The notes under the pieces were generated by a model that did not search any database, was not told the DNA's origin, and was given only the letters and a program-made list of their open reading frames with translations. From Dicyema japonicum (taxonomy: Eukaryota; Animalia; Dicyemida): a stretch of 64,000 bases of DNA. The position numbers were made by a program, and so were the translations under genes. Positions within the stretch are counted from its first letter, which is position 1; every line of letters begins with the position of its first letter. Shown here one piece after another: positions 11,518-24,899 of this stretch. The stretch spans positions 206,324-270,323 of the forward strand of contig RDEW01000047.1 of NCBI GenBank assembly GCA_011109175.1. Direction: 5' to 3'.

Positions 11518-12149
11518 ACATTTGACCTAAAAAGTGTCTAACATTTGGACAGTTTTTTTATTTAAAACCAAATTTATCTGCCAAATACAACATTTAAACA
11601 TAAAGTTAACCAAGATCTTTATTAAAATAGGAAAATATTTGATGCAAAACGTATTTATTTTAAAATTTTGTTTTTTAGGTAGCATAATAAAAAAATTCCA
11701 TTCGATATTCAAAAATATAAAAGAATTTATATAAAGTTAAATTCGGAAAACGAAATTAGCTTCTTTTTCATTTTCCTACGAGAAAAAAGCTTTGTGGACA
11801 TAGTCTTGACTATTTATGTATCGAAGGTTATTAATAAAATTATAGAATTAATCAATCTGATTGAAACATTCTCTAAAGTTGTTTTTAAATTAACCTTGGC
11901 ACGATTCTACTTAAAAAAATAAAATAAAATTCCATTTATCCTGGTCTTAACAGATTTTGTAATGTTAATAGCTTTTCTTAACAATCCAACAGGTTACCAG
12001 CTATATCATTAATACACTTTTTCTTGATGACGTTACAGTCCATTCGAAACTATTATTTATCTTTTTGTTAAACTTAATATTACATCACTAAACCTCAGTT
12101 TCATTCGTAACTGAACATCAAGTCACTCCAAAGTCTTTATTACCATCGA

Positions 12150-13780
12150 TTGAATGTATGTGTGCGTTCTTTCAGTGATATTTAACGATATTGAACGCTT
12201 CACAGAACTAAAAAACGTTATATTAACTAAGGTTCCGTTTGTGCCACACGTTTCGAGATTTGCTTCACTAGGCGTCTCCATCGCCCTCTGTTTTGCGCTT
12301 CTGTTTGTAGATCTTCTAGGTATTCGGCAGATTTAAGTTTTCTTTCAATTCCATTAAGATCCTTGTTCAGAACCACGTGGAGGGTGACTCTGGGTCTTCC
12401 TCTGAACGATGGTTTTTCCTCATTATTAAAGTAATTGTCCATTATTATATTTGTAGGTCCATTATTATATGTCTATTCTAAGCACGTGCCAAAACAGTCT
12501 CCATCTTGATTCAATAATGTCGATGCTTTTTGGTCTCGATTGTGCCACAGAATATAATTTCTTATTTGAAATCTTTTGGGCCAACCTAGACCCATTAAAT
12601 TGCGTAATTGGTTTCGATGAAATATATCCATTTTCTTGAGCTCTAGCTCTGTGACCCCCCATGTACCCGAGTTGCACATAAGCACCGGCTATATATATGA
12701 GTTGTATAGTCTTATTCTTAGATTAGTTTTTATTATTTTTCGTCGACTTCATATCTTATGTATTTTTTATACATGACAGTGGCTAGAACTCTTCTATACA
12801 TCATGTCCTCACTATCACCAAGTAAGGATCCCAATTTCCTTTTTTTCTTCCAACTTTCATCAATATATTTTAATTCCCTTGTGATTCTTATGTGTTCAGT
12901 CTTTTCCTGATTAACTCACAGAGACCAATTCTTAATTTCCAGATAATTTTCTGACACACAATCTATGTCATCTGCATATATAATCTCCATCGACATGCAT
13001 CGTTCACATTTTGTTCTAAGAGCTCTCAAAGGCGCTTCCAGGTATACGACGAATAAAACCGGAGATAGAGTCCCCCTGAAGTATTCTAACTGTTACCCGA
13101 AAGGTTTCGATGTTGTGTTCCGTTAATTCCGTGTTAGATAATAGGAAACGGACAAGTCTTGTGTTATTATCATCAAGGAAACTCCCAGCAACATCCAACA
13201 GTGTTTTTCTGTTAAGTGTCAAACGCACTAAATATTTCCACTCCCAAAATCTTAAAATCACTCCTGTATCGTTGACATACGGCACATATCCACCTGTGGG
13301 ACTAAACAGCATCTGCGGTCGAGCGTCCCCTTCTGAACCCACTCAGTCCCGGCGACAAAAATTCATAAAAATCAAAAGATATCCGACTAAGGGTTATCAG
13401 AGATAGTATTTTCCTAAATGTTCCCGTTATATCACTAGTCTTAGATTTTCCTTGCTCTTTCCTGGTTTATGCAGAGGAATCAAAATTCCATTACCAAGTT
13501 TCAAAGGCGAATGAGTCTCAAGTACCTTATTGAAAATATTTGTAATGAGGGTTGTCAGAATGCATGTTATTTCAATTTTTGACTGACCTTGAGAAAAAAT
13601 CTTCCATGTGTCTTCGAAGGGCAGGAATTTTGCGGGTCTTAAAACAAAGGAAAACACATATGACCACTATCGCAAGATTTATTGCACTCAAATACAATGT
13701 GAATGATTTATCTAACTTGAAAAATGACATTATAAAAAAAATATCAAAAGAAGAATTATTTGGAGAAGACAAATCAGAAA
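12150..13780 (-). mobile_element. Degenerate RTE-like LINE (RT and C-terminus)
   Basis: LGNGILIPLHKPGK, ILQGDS, YADD region, RWRLFWHVLR and FRGRPRVTL in broken frames. Confidence 0.8.
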
Positions 13781-14329
13781 TTGATTTATTCAAGTGTTTT
13801 GAAAATACGAATGTAGAAATCAATGGATCAACAGAATGGCTTACTGAGGGAAACAATAGTCCAAGGTCGGAAGCAATGTACTGCATGATACAGGATCGGA
13901 ATCTGCTTTTTGAAGAGATGAAAGTAAATTTCACTCATTGTGGAGCCAAAAAGAGTGTGGATCACCAGGATGCTTAGCGGTATATGCAGCGACATAACGA
14001 TAACAATTTTTGACTACTAAAGTTCAACCGGAATGGTAGATCAATATTCGGGTTCTTAGCTAAGATTTTATTTGGAAAGGAAATATCTGCTTGCATAAAC
14101 ATGGACTCTTCCTAACATTTATTACGTTTCCTAATAAAACTGTTTGATCCGAAAACAAATACTATCAAGAATCCTTTCTTTTTAACTTTTTTGGTTTTCC
14201 CCTACTATCATCCTTTTGCAATGTATGATGTGTAAAGGGATTCGCACGACGTACGTCTAGGGACATGCTCTCAAGGGTTTTTTGAGCACAAAAAATAAGA
14301 GAAACTTAATTATTTAATCACCATTTTTT

Positions 14330-16090
14330 AATTGAAAATAAGCGCGATGAGACATGGAACAACTACCGACTGATTCTCTTCCCGACTGAATGCAAGCACT
14401 ACGGCATGGGATTTGCCTTACACGTGGATTACCTCAAAAAACTACATCGCTATTGGAGAGTTAACGACCGAATATGTGTCCTACAAGTCAAACTAAATGA
14501 TTTATGCCCGTCCAAGAGTCTATTAACTGTCATAAATGTCTATGCACTACACTGCGGACGAGCTCGAGGAATTCTACTCAGAACTATCAAGCACATACTT
14601 TAATAATGCTTCCCTTGTCTTTGTTGCGGATGATATGAATGCAAAGGCCGGAATGCGAATGGGATCCGAAGAATCCTCTATTGGAAGACACGGGCGCGGA
14701 AGGAGAAATGCATATGGAGCCTCTCTGGTGAACTTCTGCGAGGCAAATAGCCTATTTTTGTGCAACACATCCTTCACGCACTCAGCTTGCCACAAGACGA
14801 CATGGCACGGACAAATAAAAAACTCTGCCGGGGAGACTGTGAATATATACAATCAAATCGACTAGATTATCTGCCGAAAGTCTGATAACACCGGCTAAAT
14901 GATGCACGTTCCTACCAGGGGACAACAACTGACAGCGACCATAGGATCGTTATTGCAGAACTGTCTGTAAAAAAGCACTTGACTGGGAAAAAATATATTG
15001 AAAACGCGAAGAAGGCGAGACAAAGGCCCAATATATACTTTCAGACAGAAAAATTGTGGTTAGAGCCCACCTGTAGGGCTAAATATCACGAACAAATCGA
15101 GACTCTCATGGAGAAAACCGCACCGGAATCATCAGTACGAACTCTGTGGGATCAAACAAAGCAGGTAATCTCCAAGTCGGCCGATATATGTCTTGGAGTT
15201 CGAAATCATCATGCCCTAAAATTGGATCACCACCCGAACGTGCCAGATATGGCAAAGCATTGCAGAGAGCTATGGATAAAAGCGGCAAACACGCCAGACG
15301 AGAGTATAAAAAAAGAGCTTAAAGTTCAGCAAAAAGAACTAAAATGGAAAATCAAAAAGATGAACAGACAACATTCACGAGAAATTATTACATCCCTATT
15401 AAAAGATGTGGAATGTCTAAAGGACAATTCAAGGATGATTGCGGACAAAGAAAGGACAAAACGTCATTCACATCAAAGCTAAAGAAGGAAAATTTGTGGA
15501 TAACCCAAAAGAAAAAGCCGAATTGATTGCACGACATTTTGAAATATTGTTGAATACAGAAAATGAGGACTTTCCCCCTTTCCAGGGAGAATCGTGGGAA
15601 CTAAAGAATCCAATCACAGTGGAAAAAGTGGAATCAGCTCTAAATGAATTGAAGAATAACAAGAGTGCAGGGCCAGAAAACATAAGCCCTGAGCTTTTAG
15701 GATATGGGCCAAAAAACTTTGCGAAACAATTGCAAAAACCCTAAATGACATCTTTGAAACCAATACCGATCTAGGACTTGGAAATGGTTTATTAATACCC
15801 ATACAAAAACTGAACAAAGCAAAAGGACCAGTAGAAAATTTCGCCTACTTCTGAACTCGTTACGCAAGGTATTGGCAAACATTGCAATGAGCCGGATAAA
15901 GGGTGTGGCGGATCTATATACCTACCAGCAAGTCAAAGTGGGTTCCGAAAAGGGAGGTCTACGGCAGACCTCACTCTTGGTGAAGTTAAAAATGGTAGGA
16001 ATTGCCATTATGAAGTTGCTGGATGGGTTCCTAAGTGAAGAAAAGGACAGTCCTTTGGAATATGTATATCGTTTCACGAAATGAAGGATT
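14330..16090 (+). mobile_element. Degenerate RTE-like LINE (APE and start of RT), 3'-truncated
   Basis: GFALHVDYL...WRVNDRICVL, FLCNTSFTHSACHKTTW, NQID, KSAGPENISPELL. Confidence 0.85.
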
Positions 16091-16287
16091 CAACTAATAT
16101 TCTATCTGAAAGCAATGCATCTCCAGGGTGAATACGTCTTTTTGATAAATCAATACCACGTGTTTATTAAACTGTGATGGAATAGAGATACTTGGTTGAC
16201 TGGGAACTACAAGCACTTCATGAAGTCTTTTATTCTCTATTAGTGACTGAAAAAATCTTTGACATATTTGTATGACATTAAATCAAA

Positions 16288-16545
16288 TATTTATTATCCC
16301 AAGGCCACCGGGTTAAAGAGAGTGTCCACAACTACGTGATCCCAGTTCTCACGGTCATAGTGAAACGTATCCTTTCCAAGCATCACTTCCATTTAAGTCC
16401 GCTATTGTAGAAACCCTTCCAGTGGAGTTGAATCACTGAAATCCTTTTTGTATGTTGAGCAGGCAAGGAGTTGGATCCCATGACGTGTCTTGGAATTAAG
16501 AAGGCAAAAACAGAAAGGAATCAAAAACTTAATTCTTTGTAAAAC
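16288..16545 (-). mobile_element. 5'-incomplete short non-autonomous element of family B
   Basis: Aligns with the 4419-4640 and 50897-51209 bodies; 3' end GGGATCACGTAG...CCCGGTGGCCTTGGGATAATAAAT. Confidence 0.6.
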
Positions 16546-16725
16546 TATTTATTTTTGTGTAATAACAAGACTCTACAAGTAGCTGTCATTAAATGGGCAA
16601 TAATAGTAACGAAATTTGGAAACAAGACATGCAAATCGAGTTACAAACATTGCTTAAATAGGTAAATTCTCAAATAAAACAGAAATACGTGATTATTAAA
16701 GGTTTAATATCATTTTATACACGAA

Positions 16726-19005
16726 ATGGGCAGACTTAGTATGAGTGACACTGATTCTGATATATCATTCTTGCCGACGATCATTGCAATCACAGGGAGG
16801 ACTACAACAACCAGTGAGCCTAGAACTGCGACCACTTCAAAAACAGTACTCCCTGAAAATATTCCCTTATTATCTACCTCTTTTCCAAAGACTACAACAT
16901 TCACAAAGTCTATTCTCGACAGCATCAAAACTTTTATGCATAAAAAGTTAAACATCCCGGCAAGAGTTACAAGTAGAAGACGTGTAATAAATTATGTATG
17001 TAAAAATTTTTCATTGAGTGATGTCATAATTATTCCAAATTTGACTAAAACATTGACAAGTTCGGAAGATTCTAGCCAAACTGATACAAGTTGGGATTGG
17101 TTTTCAACCTCCAAATTTAGAAGATTTAAAAGGTCAAGAGAAAATTCATCAATAGTCAAGTCAACCCCAAATTTGGAAATTTGGAAACCCAAGGAGGAAA
17201 CTTCACAAGCAGCAAAGGAAAAATCCATTGAGGAAATTTTACAGACACCATATGAAAAATCAACCGAGGATACTTTAAAAGGACTAAAGGAAAAATCAAT
17301 TGAGGAAACTCCACATGAACCAATTGAAAAATACATAGAAAAAACATCACAGGGGGTAAACAAAAAAGCCATGGAAGAAACCTCACAGGAAGAAATGGAA
17401 AAATCAATGAAAGAAAGTTCACACGGAGAAATGGAAAAATCAATGGAAGAAAGTTCACAGGGAGAAATGGAAAAATCAATGGAAGAAATTTCACAAAGAT
17501 CAAGCAAAAAAACCACGTCAGAGACTTCACATGTACCAAGCGAAAAATTCATGGGGGAAACCTCACATGCACCAAGCGACAAATTCACGGGGGAAACCTC
17601 ACATGCACCAAGCGACAAATCCCTGGACGAAACTTCACATGGACCAAGCGACAAATCCATGGAGGAAACTTCACATGGACCAAGCGACAAATCCATGGAC
17701 GAAACTTCACATGGACCAAGCGACAAATCCATGGAGGAAACTTCACATGGACCAAGCGACAAATCCTTGGACGAAACTTCACATGCACCAAGCGACAAAT
17801 CCATGGAGGAAACTTCACAAATATCAAGCAAAAAATCCATGGAGGAAACTTCACATGCACCAAGCGACAAATCCCTGGACGAAACTTCACATGCACCAAG
17901 CGACAAATCCATGGAGGAAACTTCACAAATATCAAGCAAAAAATCCATGGAGGAAACTTCACATTCACATGCACCAAGCGACAAATCTCTGGACGAAACT
18001 TCACATGCACCAAGCGACAAATCCATGGAGGAAACTTCACAAATATCAAGCAAAAAATCCATGTTGGAAACTTCACATGCACCAAGTGACAAATCAATAA
18101 GGGAAACTTCACAAATATCAAGCAAAAAATCAATTGGGGAAATTTCGCAGACGTCAAGCAAAAAATCCATGGCGGAAACTTTAAAGACACTAAGCGAACA
18201 ATCAATGGAAGAAACTTCACAAATGTCGAATGTTGTTGCAGCAACATCAGACCTTGACTTAGAATCCACAATCGAAAGTCGAATGACATTCCTGGAGGAT
18301 ACACTCCCACATCATTACTTTAAAAACGAATCCGTTAAAAGTTTTACTATAATGTGATATTTTAAGGTTATCCGTGCTTTAATCAACTACTCCACGAGCG
18401 AGAAGTGAACTCAGATTCTGGCTGCCGCCCTAGATATCCATTTATGGAAGTCACTCCAAAGAAGGAAGTTTCGCAGGTATTCAGCGAACTCTCTGTGACA
18501 CAATCAATTGATATAACTTCTACCACCGCAGAGATTACCAAAATCAGGACCAAAGCCTCAAGAAACTCACTTATCGCCAAATCTATCCTATCATTATTCT
18601 TAGTAGCCCGTATTTATAAATAAGTAATTTTTAGTGTTGTTAACCTCAATTTTGATACCACTGAGAGTCAGTAAAAAATCAATTCCGCTAGAAAAAGTGG
18701 CAATAAACTCAAAAATCTGTTCCCTCATGTCCTTGGATTGTGGCTATTTGGAGATTAACACAAAATTGAATTTCACGAATATTTTGGAAAACAGGTGGAT
18801 CCAATATAGGTCGCCTTCTATGGAAAATTATTATTATGGCTATTTTGTTAATGAAATTGGAAAATATGGCTATGGAACTTACTTAATTCAGAATGAGAAC
18901 TCTGCAAACAAGGTTAGTGTTTACATTCTCACCAAAAATGAGACCTTGACCAAAATATATTCGAATGATGCCAATATTGCCTGCAAACTCTACCTTAATG
19001 ATTAA
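16726..19005 (+). CDS. Ser/Glu/Lys-rich 12-aa tandem-repeat protein with a probable single TM segment
   Basis: 543-aa ORF with about 30 degenerate-to-perfect ETSHAPSDKSME units. A 26-nt intron (gttttactataatgtgatattttaag) joins it in frame to 18405-18623, and a further short intron to 18634-19005. Hydrophobic stretch SILSLFL/VLLTSILIPL spans that junction. True 5' end uncertain. Confidence 0.7.
17190..18225 (+). repeat. Coding 36-bp minisatellite with 108-bp higher-order repeat
   Basis: Unit GAAACTTCACATGCACCAAGCGACAAATCCATGGAG and variants; trimer SLD/SME/QISSKKSME repeated three times. Confidence 0.95.
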
Positions 19006-19689
19006 TATAATTTAATCTAACGGTCTTGGTTTGGTTAATTTATTTTTGTTTATTTTTTATTTTTTAAGCCACAAAGAGATTATTGAAACTATATTACATC
19101 CAAACAGAAACTCAAAGACTTAGTGGACTCCCGATCATATTGAAAAACATTAGCGATCACCGAATCCTAGTAGTAGGCTGAGATTTTAGTCTTTATGGAA
19201 TAACATATCGAACTGTGCTAGGCTGGAAAAACCAAAAGACAGTGCACTGTTCACCCACGTGCTGTAAAGTAATACCAAATTAGGTGTTGTACGATCTACA
19301 CTGTCAATAAGTTATTACAGTGAAAATCAATCGTATCCGTCACAATTTTCTTCCCAAATTTCTTAACTTTCTAATTAAATGCAATTTCTTTTGGAGTCTT
19401 TTGGACCAATGGTTTTTTCAGAAGCGAATAACTTTCATTCGTTTGGGAAGCTACGTTGATACGTACTCTATGATTTTATATTTATAATTGGGGGAATCGG
19501 TTTGAAGTCTCCTGATGATTTGGCCAATCAATGCTATCTGTTGTCCCCCGCAAGCTGCCTTGCCTTGTCCTACTCAATCTTATGTTTTTGCCATGAATTG
19601 AGTCTGGACCCTGTGGTTGATGCGATCGTCCATGGAGTCAAATGAGACCTGTAATAACAATTCTATAAATAGACTTACTTTTTACTTTA

Positions 19690-20360
19690 AATTACACTAA
19701 ATGCGAAATCTACAATTTCGGAATTTCAAAGAGCATTCAAAAGCTGCGTCGTCTTTCGTGAATTTACTACCTGGAAGTATTTCCATGCCCGATGAAAACC
19801 TTATATTCCTCGGTTCCCCAATCATCATGCATGAATTAGGGAGAGCTATACGTGAAAAACGACTGTTACTTGGAGAAACTCTAGGCCGCTTATGTTTACT
19901 CAAGGGCGTACCAAAGCTCTATGCTGCCAGGAGCAGTCTATGATAATGATGTCCCTTATAAATAACTCAAAATAATCGGGAATAAATAAATCAATGCTGA
20001 TCAAAGATAAACTTGACAGGTGCTGATCTGACATCGATGACCTCAAATATGTTTGTATCTGTTTTTTTAATTATTCCAATTTATTAAACCGCCTACATAA
20101 TCGACGTTGCCACTTGGGACAGAGATCAAGTGGAGAAGCCACTGAGGTATCTCCATCAGACTTGGACTCACAAATTCCGGATTGGTGGCACTGTCGACTA
20201 TTATGGACACCATGCCCTTTCTTGTTGAAGAAGTGGAGGACGATTCCCAACAACGTAATTGTCAAGCTAGCCCTGGAATCTGCTGAATACCCCTCCATAC
20301 TTGAACTTGTTGGCTTGGACAAAGAAGACGGAAAACGGCCTGACGGAATCACAATTTGAG
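19690..20360 (+). mobile_element. CRE-like non-LTR remnant (RT thumb and RLE)
   Basis: FLGSPI; KLALESAEYPSILELVGLDKEDGKRPDGITI matches the CRE-clade EPxGLxRxDGKRPDG RLE signature. Confidence 0.75.
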
Positions 20361-20619
20361 AACTGAAATCAACTTCTTATAAAGGAAATTGTAGTTGGTA
20401 ACAAACGACGCAATAATTATAAAAAAACTGATTTCCACCAAACGAACACAAACGATACTATGGAATATTATTTATGCTGGCATCTCTCACAACATAAAAA
20501 AGATTGGATCAAAAAGAGATGAATTGAGATGAGTTTATCAATTCATTTTAGTTATTTGACTATTACTTTAATCAGTTATATTTTAATATACCAAAAGTTT
20601 TATTAAAGAAAGAAAATAG

Positions 20620-21110
20620 AGAGGATGCACCGACTGTGTGGCTATTCCCTCTCAAGATAGCGAGCGAGATTCGCTCAAATAACCACCAGCGCTCACGAGG
20701 GTCTCATTTTCATGTAGCGATCCGATTCCCTAGACGACTCAAGAATTCCAGCGTCGCAGGCGCAAGGGAACCAGACGTTTCAACGGGGAGTGGAACAAAC
20801 AAAAAATCCTTGGGTAGGAACGTGTACTTTTCTCGTTTCATCTTCTCGGCCTTCTCAGCGGTAGAACAGGCTCCAGACGCACTCTGGAGTAGGTTGCAAG
20901 AGGCAAATGTGTCGGTGCAGGTAACGTCCCAGACAAGAGGTTTTCTGGCTTCAAAAAAAAGATTGTCATCCCATCTGGTAGTTTCCTGTCTTTCCTATCC
21001 CAAGTTCGAGCGTGGAGGGGTGTCCGGCGGCGTCCAAAGCTCGTCTAACGACTTCGTTCAAGGCCATGTGTCTGATAAATCTGCCTGCACTCTTCCTGCA
21101 GGAGAGGTTT
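20620..21110 (-). mobile_element. CRE-like non-LTR 3' remnant
   Basis: [54 protein letters not shown] on the minus strand. Confidence 0.85.
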
Positions 21111-21250
21111 TAATTTTATTTATTTATTTAACCCCAAGACCACCAGGAAAGATATGTCAAAACTAACTAATTAGGTAATCCGAGCCTCCAGCAACATACG
21201 AACTCTCTTCATTTGATCTTCTGAGGATCCAACCGCAGGTTTTAATATAC
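21110..21250 (-). mobile_element. Family-B LINE 3' stub
   Basis: GGATTACCTAATTAG...CCTGGTGGTCTTGGGGTTAAATAAAT terminus. Confidence 0.7.
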
Positions 21251-21649
21251 GTCAATTGGTCAGCGGAATTTAACGATTAGAACATTTAAAACAAAATAAT
21301 AACAAATTGTATAAAATTGAATAATTAAAATTGAATAAAGTGTGAGGACTTTTCAAATTAAACAGGTTTTGTACGTCCATGTGTTCAATAAAATGGTTAG
21401 ATAAAGGTCACCGTCCATACGTGGAACTTCACTAGAACCAATCAAAATAAAAATTAGTTCCCTTGATATTTCAGATTTTCTGAGTTGAATGGTGTAATTT
21501 TTGTTAAAATCGTAAATATTTTAAAATCATAAAGTAGCAAAAATTCAGTCAATATGAATGATATTTTATTTTTAATTAACAAAAAAAATTATTAATAGTT
21601 AATCGACTCTCGAAAAAATGGTGATTCTGAATACCCGAAATCTTCACAA

Positions 21650-23200
21650 AGACACCTATCCGAAGAAATGACAGCCCAACCTCCCCCGATATATCCATTG
21701 CTTCCTCTAGGATTGCCCCGAAGATTTCATGGAACGTCTCCTACGATTTTCATAGTGATCATAATCCGATTATATTAAAACTGAGCCGATTCAATAACAC
21801 ACGGAGAATTAAAGCAACCTTCAAGGTCTACAAGAAAGCTGACTGGTCGAATTTCAAGCTCTTTATTGACAATAACCTAATACATTTTGATCCCACCTCA
21901 TTTTGCTCCATCGACAAAACAGTGGACCATCTAAACCATTAATCCTTCAAGCTGAAAAGTTGTTTGTACCACGTGCAGTTTACAAATCCTACAAGCTTAC
22001 TCTGGACTCGGAGACTCGTCTCCTCGTCAAACAAGGAAACTCCCTGAAGATAAATCATCTGCAAACCTCTTCTGAATTGCAAAATATAAAATGCTTAAAT
22101 CAGAGAATTACAAAGCTCATCAGAGAAAAGAAAGATAAAGCGTGGAAGCGCCTATTATCATCTATTGGATATATGAAATCCACGAGTCTTTTATGGAGAA
22201 CTATTCGTCGAATCAAGCTAAACTTATCAGATGAATCAGCTCCAAATATCGAGGTCCCGTCTGCAAGATCGAGGTCCCGTCTCCTACCAAATGGCGTCCC
22301 TCAAGGATCGCTTCTCTCTCCGGCATTATTCAACTTGTTCCTCAACGATTTACCCTGCCCTGGAGGACCAGATTCAATGCTTCTCACTTATGCTGACGAC
22401 CTAATCATCGCTAGCAGGAACAAATACGTGGGTACAGCAAAATCAGAGCTTCAGTCACATATTGACGACCTGGGAGCCTGGTTGAAGTTGAATCGTCTCT
22501 CCGTATACAAGGATAATTCAACGTATACAATCTTCACCACGGACAGAAAATAAAAACATACACTGGATTTGAACATTTATGGAGACTCCTTACCGCTACA
22601 GATTCGTCCAACTATCCTGGAAGTGATTTTTGACCCTTTGATGACATTTTCTCAACATGTGAAGAACGTTATGACAAAGGGTCTCAGGAAACTTAATATA
22701 ATCGAACCGCTCTTGAAGTCAAGGCCGTCACAGGAATGCGTCGTCGTCTTGTTCAATCAACTCCTAAAACCGACGATAGAGTATGCTTGTGCCTCATGGG
22801 CCTATGGAGCTTTGATATTAAATCCACTCAAGATCTATTCCCTAATTGGCAAACTACCACGTCTAACGAATCTACCCCCGATCTTTTCCCCCCAATGCTT
22901 GACCACGCAGGAATCAAAAATAATGGCTCCGGCTTCATCGGTCTGTGTGGCCAAGAAACAAGTCGTTTCTTCCATTCAAGACTAGAGGCCTCAAATACAC
23001 GAAATTTGGAGAAAAAACCCACCCCTCTTCAAACTCTAATGAAAGATGATCGTCGTCTATTCAGGAAATCCGTGGGTACTCTGGAGGAACACAGGAAAAA
23101 CCTCTCGATCCTGTTGAGGCGTACCGGGATCACTTAATTAGTTGGTTTACTCCTTCTTTTTTTGTGTTCTTTTTTCGGGGTTATTAAATAATAATAATAA
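21650..23200 (+). mobile_element. Family-B APE-RT LINE, internally deleted and frameshifted
   Basis: SDHNPI, GVPQGSLLSPALFNLFLNDLP, LLTYADD; ORF ends RRTGIT*, followed by the conserved 3' end and (TAA)n. Confidence 0.9.
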
Positions 23201-23279
23201 TTTCTGCACATGGTTTTAAGCTTCAAGTTGAACATGGATGAGTTGCGTCAGATAACCGAATATCTTGATTCGCATTTTT

Positions 23280-23460
23280 CCAGAAAGTGTAAATATCTCA
23301 AATGTTCCAGAAATTTTTTAAACCCATGGACCACCTATTATACTTCAAACAGACAATGGTCTGGAGTTCAGAAACCCTTTCTCAAGGAAATTGTGACAGG
23401 CTAAATGTTGACAAGATTAGACGGTGCATAGCAGTCACTCGGAGTAGAATAAAAAAATTA
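23280..23460 (+). mobile_element. Integrase (rve) core remnant
   Basis: HGPPIILQTDNGLEFRNPFLKEI...QSLGVE resembles the DDE core (LQSDNGxEF; QSxGxVER) of Gypsy/Ginger-type integrases; interrupted by stops and the gap. Confidence 0.65.
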
Positions 23461-23475
23461 ATTGAATGTTTTGAT

Positions 23476-24190
23476 NNNNNNNNNNNNNNNNNNNNNNNNN
23501 NNNNNNNNNNNNNNNNNNNNNNNNNNNNNNNNNNNNNNNNNNNNNNNNNNNNNNNNNNNNNNNNNNNNNNNNNNNNNNNNNNNNNNNNNNNNNNNNNNNN
23601 NNNNNNNNNNNNNNNNNNNNNNNNNNNNNNNNNNNNNNNNNNNNNNNNNNNNNNNNNNNNNNNNNNNNNNNNNNNNNNNNNNNNNNNNNNNNNNNNNNNN
23701 NNNNNNNNNNNNNNNNNNNNNNNNNNNNNNNNNNNNNNNNNNNNNNNNNNNNNNNNNNNNNNNNNNNNNNNNNNNNNNNNNNNNNNNNNNNNNNNNNNNN
23801 NNNNNNNNNNNNNNNNNNNNNNNNNNNNNNNNNNNNNNNNNNNNNNNNNNNNNNNNNNNNNNNNNNNNNNNNNNNNNNNNNNNNNNNNNNNNNNNNNNNN
23901 NNNNNNNNNNNNNNNNNNNNNNNNNNNNNNNNNNNNNNNNNNNNNNNNNNNNNNNNNNNNNNNNNNNNNNNNNNNNNNNNNNNNNNNNNNNNNNNNNNNN
24001 NNNNNNNNNNNNNNNNNNNNNNNNNNNNNNNNNNNNNNNNNNNNNNNNNNNNNNNNNNNNNNNNNNNNNNNNNNNNNNNNNNNNNNNNNNNNNNNNNNNN
24101 NNNNNNNNNNNNNNNNNNNNNNNNNNNNNNNNNNNNNNNNNNNNNNNNNNNNNNNNNNNNNNNNNNNNNNNNNNNNNNNNNNNNNNNNNN
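23476..24190. other. Assembly gap (N run)
   Basis: Run of N. Confidence 1.
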
Positions 24191-24560
24191 GCCTAAAATA
24201 ATTAGGAATCAAAACATTTTTGATTAAAATTTCATTTTCAATTTTAATAATTTCTGGAAGTTTCTGGAAGATTCTGGAAGTAATTTTGGCTACTTTTAGC
24301 CAGCTTCTCCATCTTGTGACAACAACTTCGGGTGGATTTCCTATTTATAAAAACATTTCACAGCGTATTTTGTTCTTCACCGTGGCAACCTTTACAGAAG
24401 AAATCAGGTTATCAACATCTGTGAAGTAGGATTTTAATGTAATAGATGTGAACAAAAATGACGTGGAAAATATTTAAATATAAAAATTTCATTGAGGTCC
24501 CAGCTAAATTTAAATTTATTCCTACCACTTGTCATTTATCTTGCGGAATCTGTGACGAAT
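24191..24560 (-). mobile_element. hAT-like DNA transposase remnant
   Basis: VDNLISSVKVATVKNKIR...IGNPPEVVVTRWRSWL resembles the PPxPVxTRWGxWL motif. Confidence 0.6.
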
Positions 24561-24625
24561 AAGAAGATCTTTTTACGTTCAATTAAAATTTTTTTCATTA
24601 TTTTATCAACTTCAACACATGTCAG

Positions 24626-24875
24626 TTTGAATAATAGAGCCACGTGGCGCCATGTGGTGCTATGTGGATAGTTTGTCAAAAATTCTTTTTTCCTTCCGAT
24701 GGCGTCACTGGATCCACCTTACTGAGGAGGCGCCCAATGCCTGGCTGGCATCAAGAGGATCCAACAATTCTTCCCTGGGGACAACGCCGTTACCTGGTGA
24801 CAAGTTCTGGAATGCTGGAACGAGTCAGGATCGATGAGTTAGTTAGTTTGGTTACCCTTGGTCTTTGGAAATAAT
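24626..24875 (+). mobile_element. Bipartite short non-autonomous element of family B
   Basis: Starts GCCACGTGGCGCCATGTGGTGCT (shared with 51209-51180). Middle aligns with the 5' end of the 29.9 kb LINE (AAGAGGA..CTTCCC..GGGG). Ends in a family-B-like terminus. Confidence 0.75.
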
Positions 24876-24899
24876 TTTAATTTTTTTAGAAGACAAATC

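Noticed and set aside
17500-18200. Regularly spaced repeats superficially like a CRISPR array
   Set aside because: Contiguous in-frame coding units with no unique spacers and no cas genes; eukaryotic context.
16992-18310. Long antisense and alternative-frame ORFs (425, 241, 189 and 127 aa) over the repeat gene
   Set aside because: Shadows of a stop-poor 36-bp repeat; only the + frame from 16726 extends on both sides and splices onward.
23302-24212. ORFs of 244-299 aa in the track
   Set aside because: Artefacts of translating through the N gap.
24252-24281. Three copies of TTCTGGAAG(T/A)
   Set aside because: Short slippage repeat inside a decayed transposase; no further structure.
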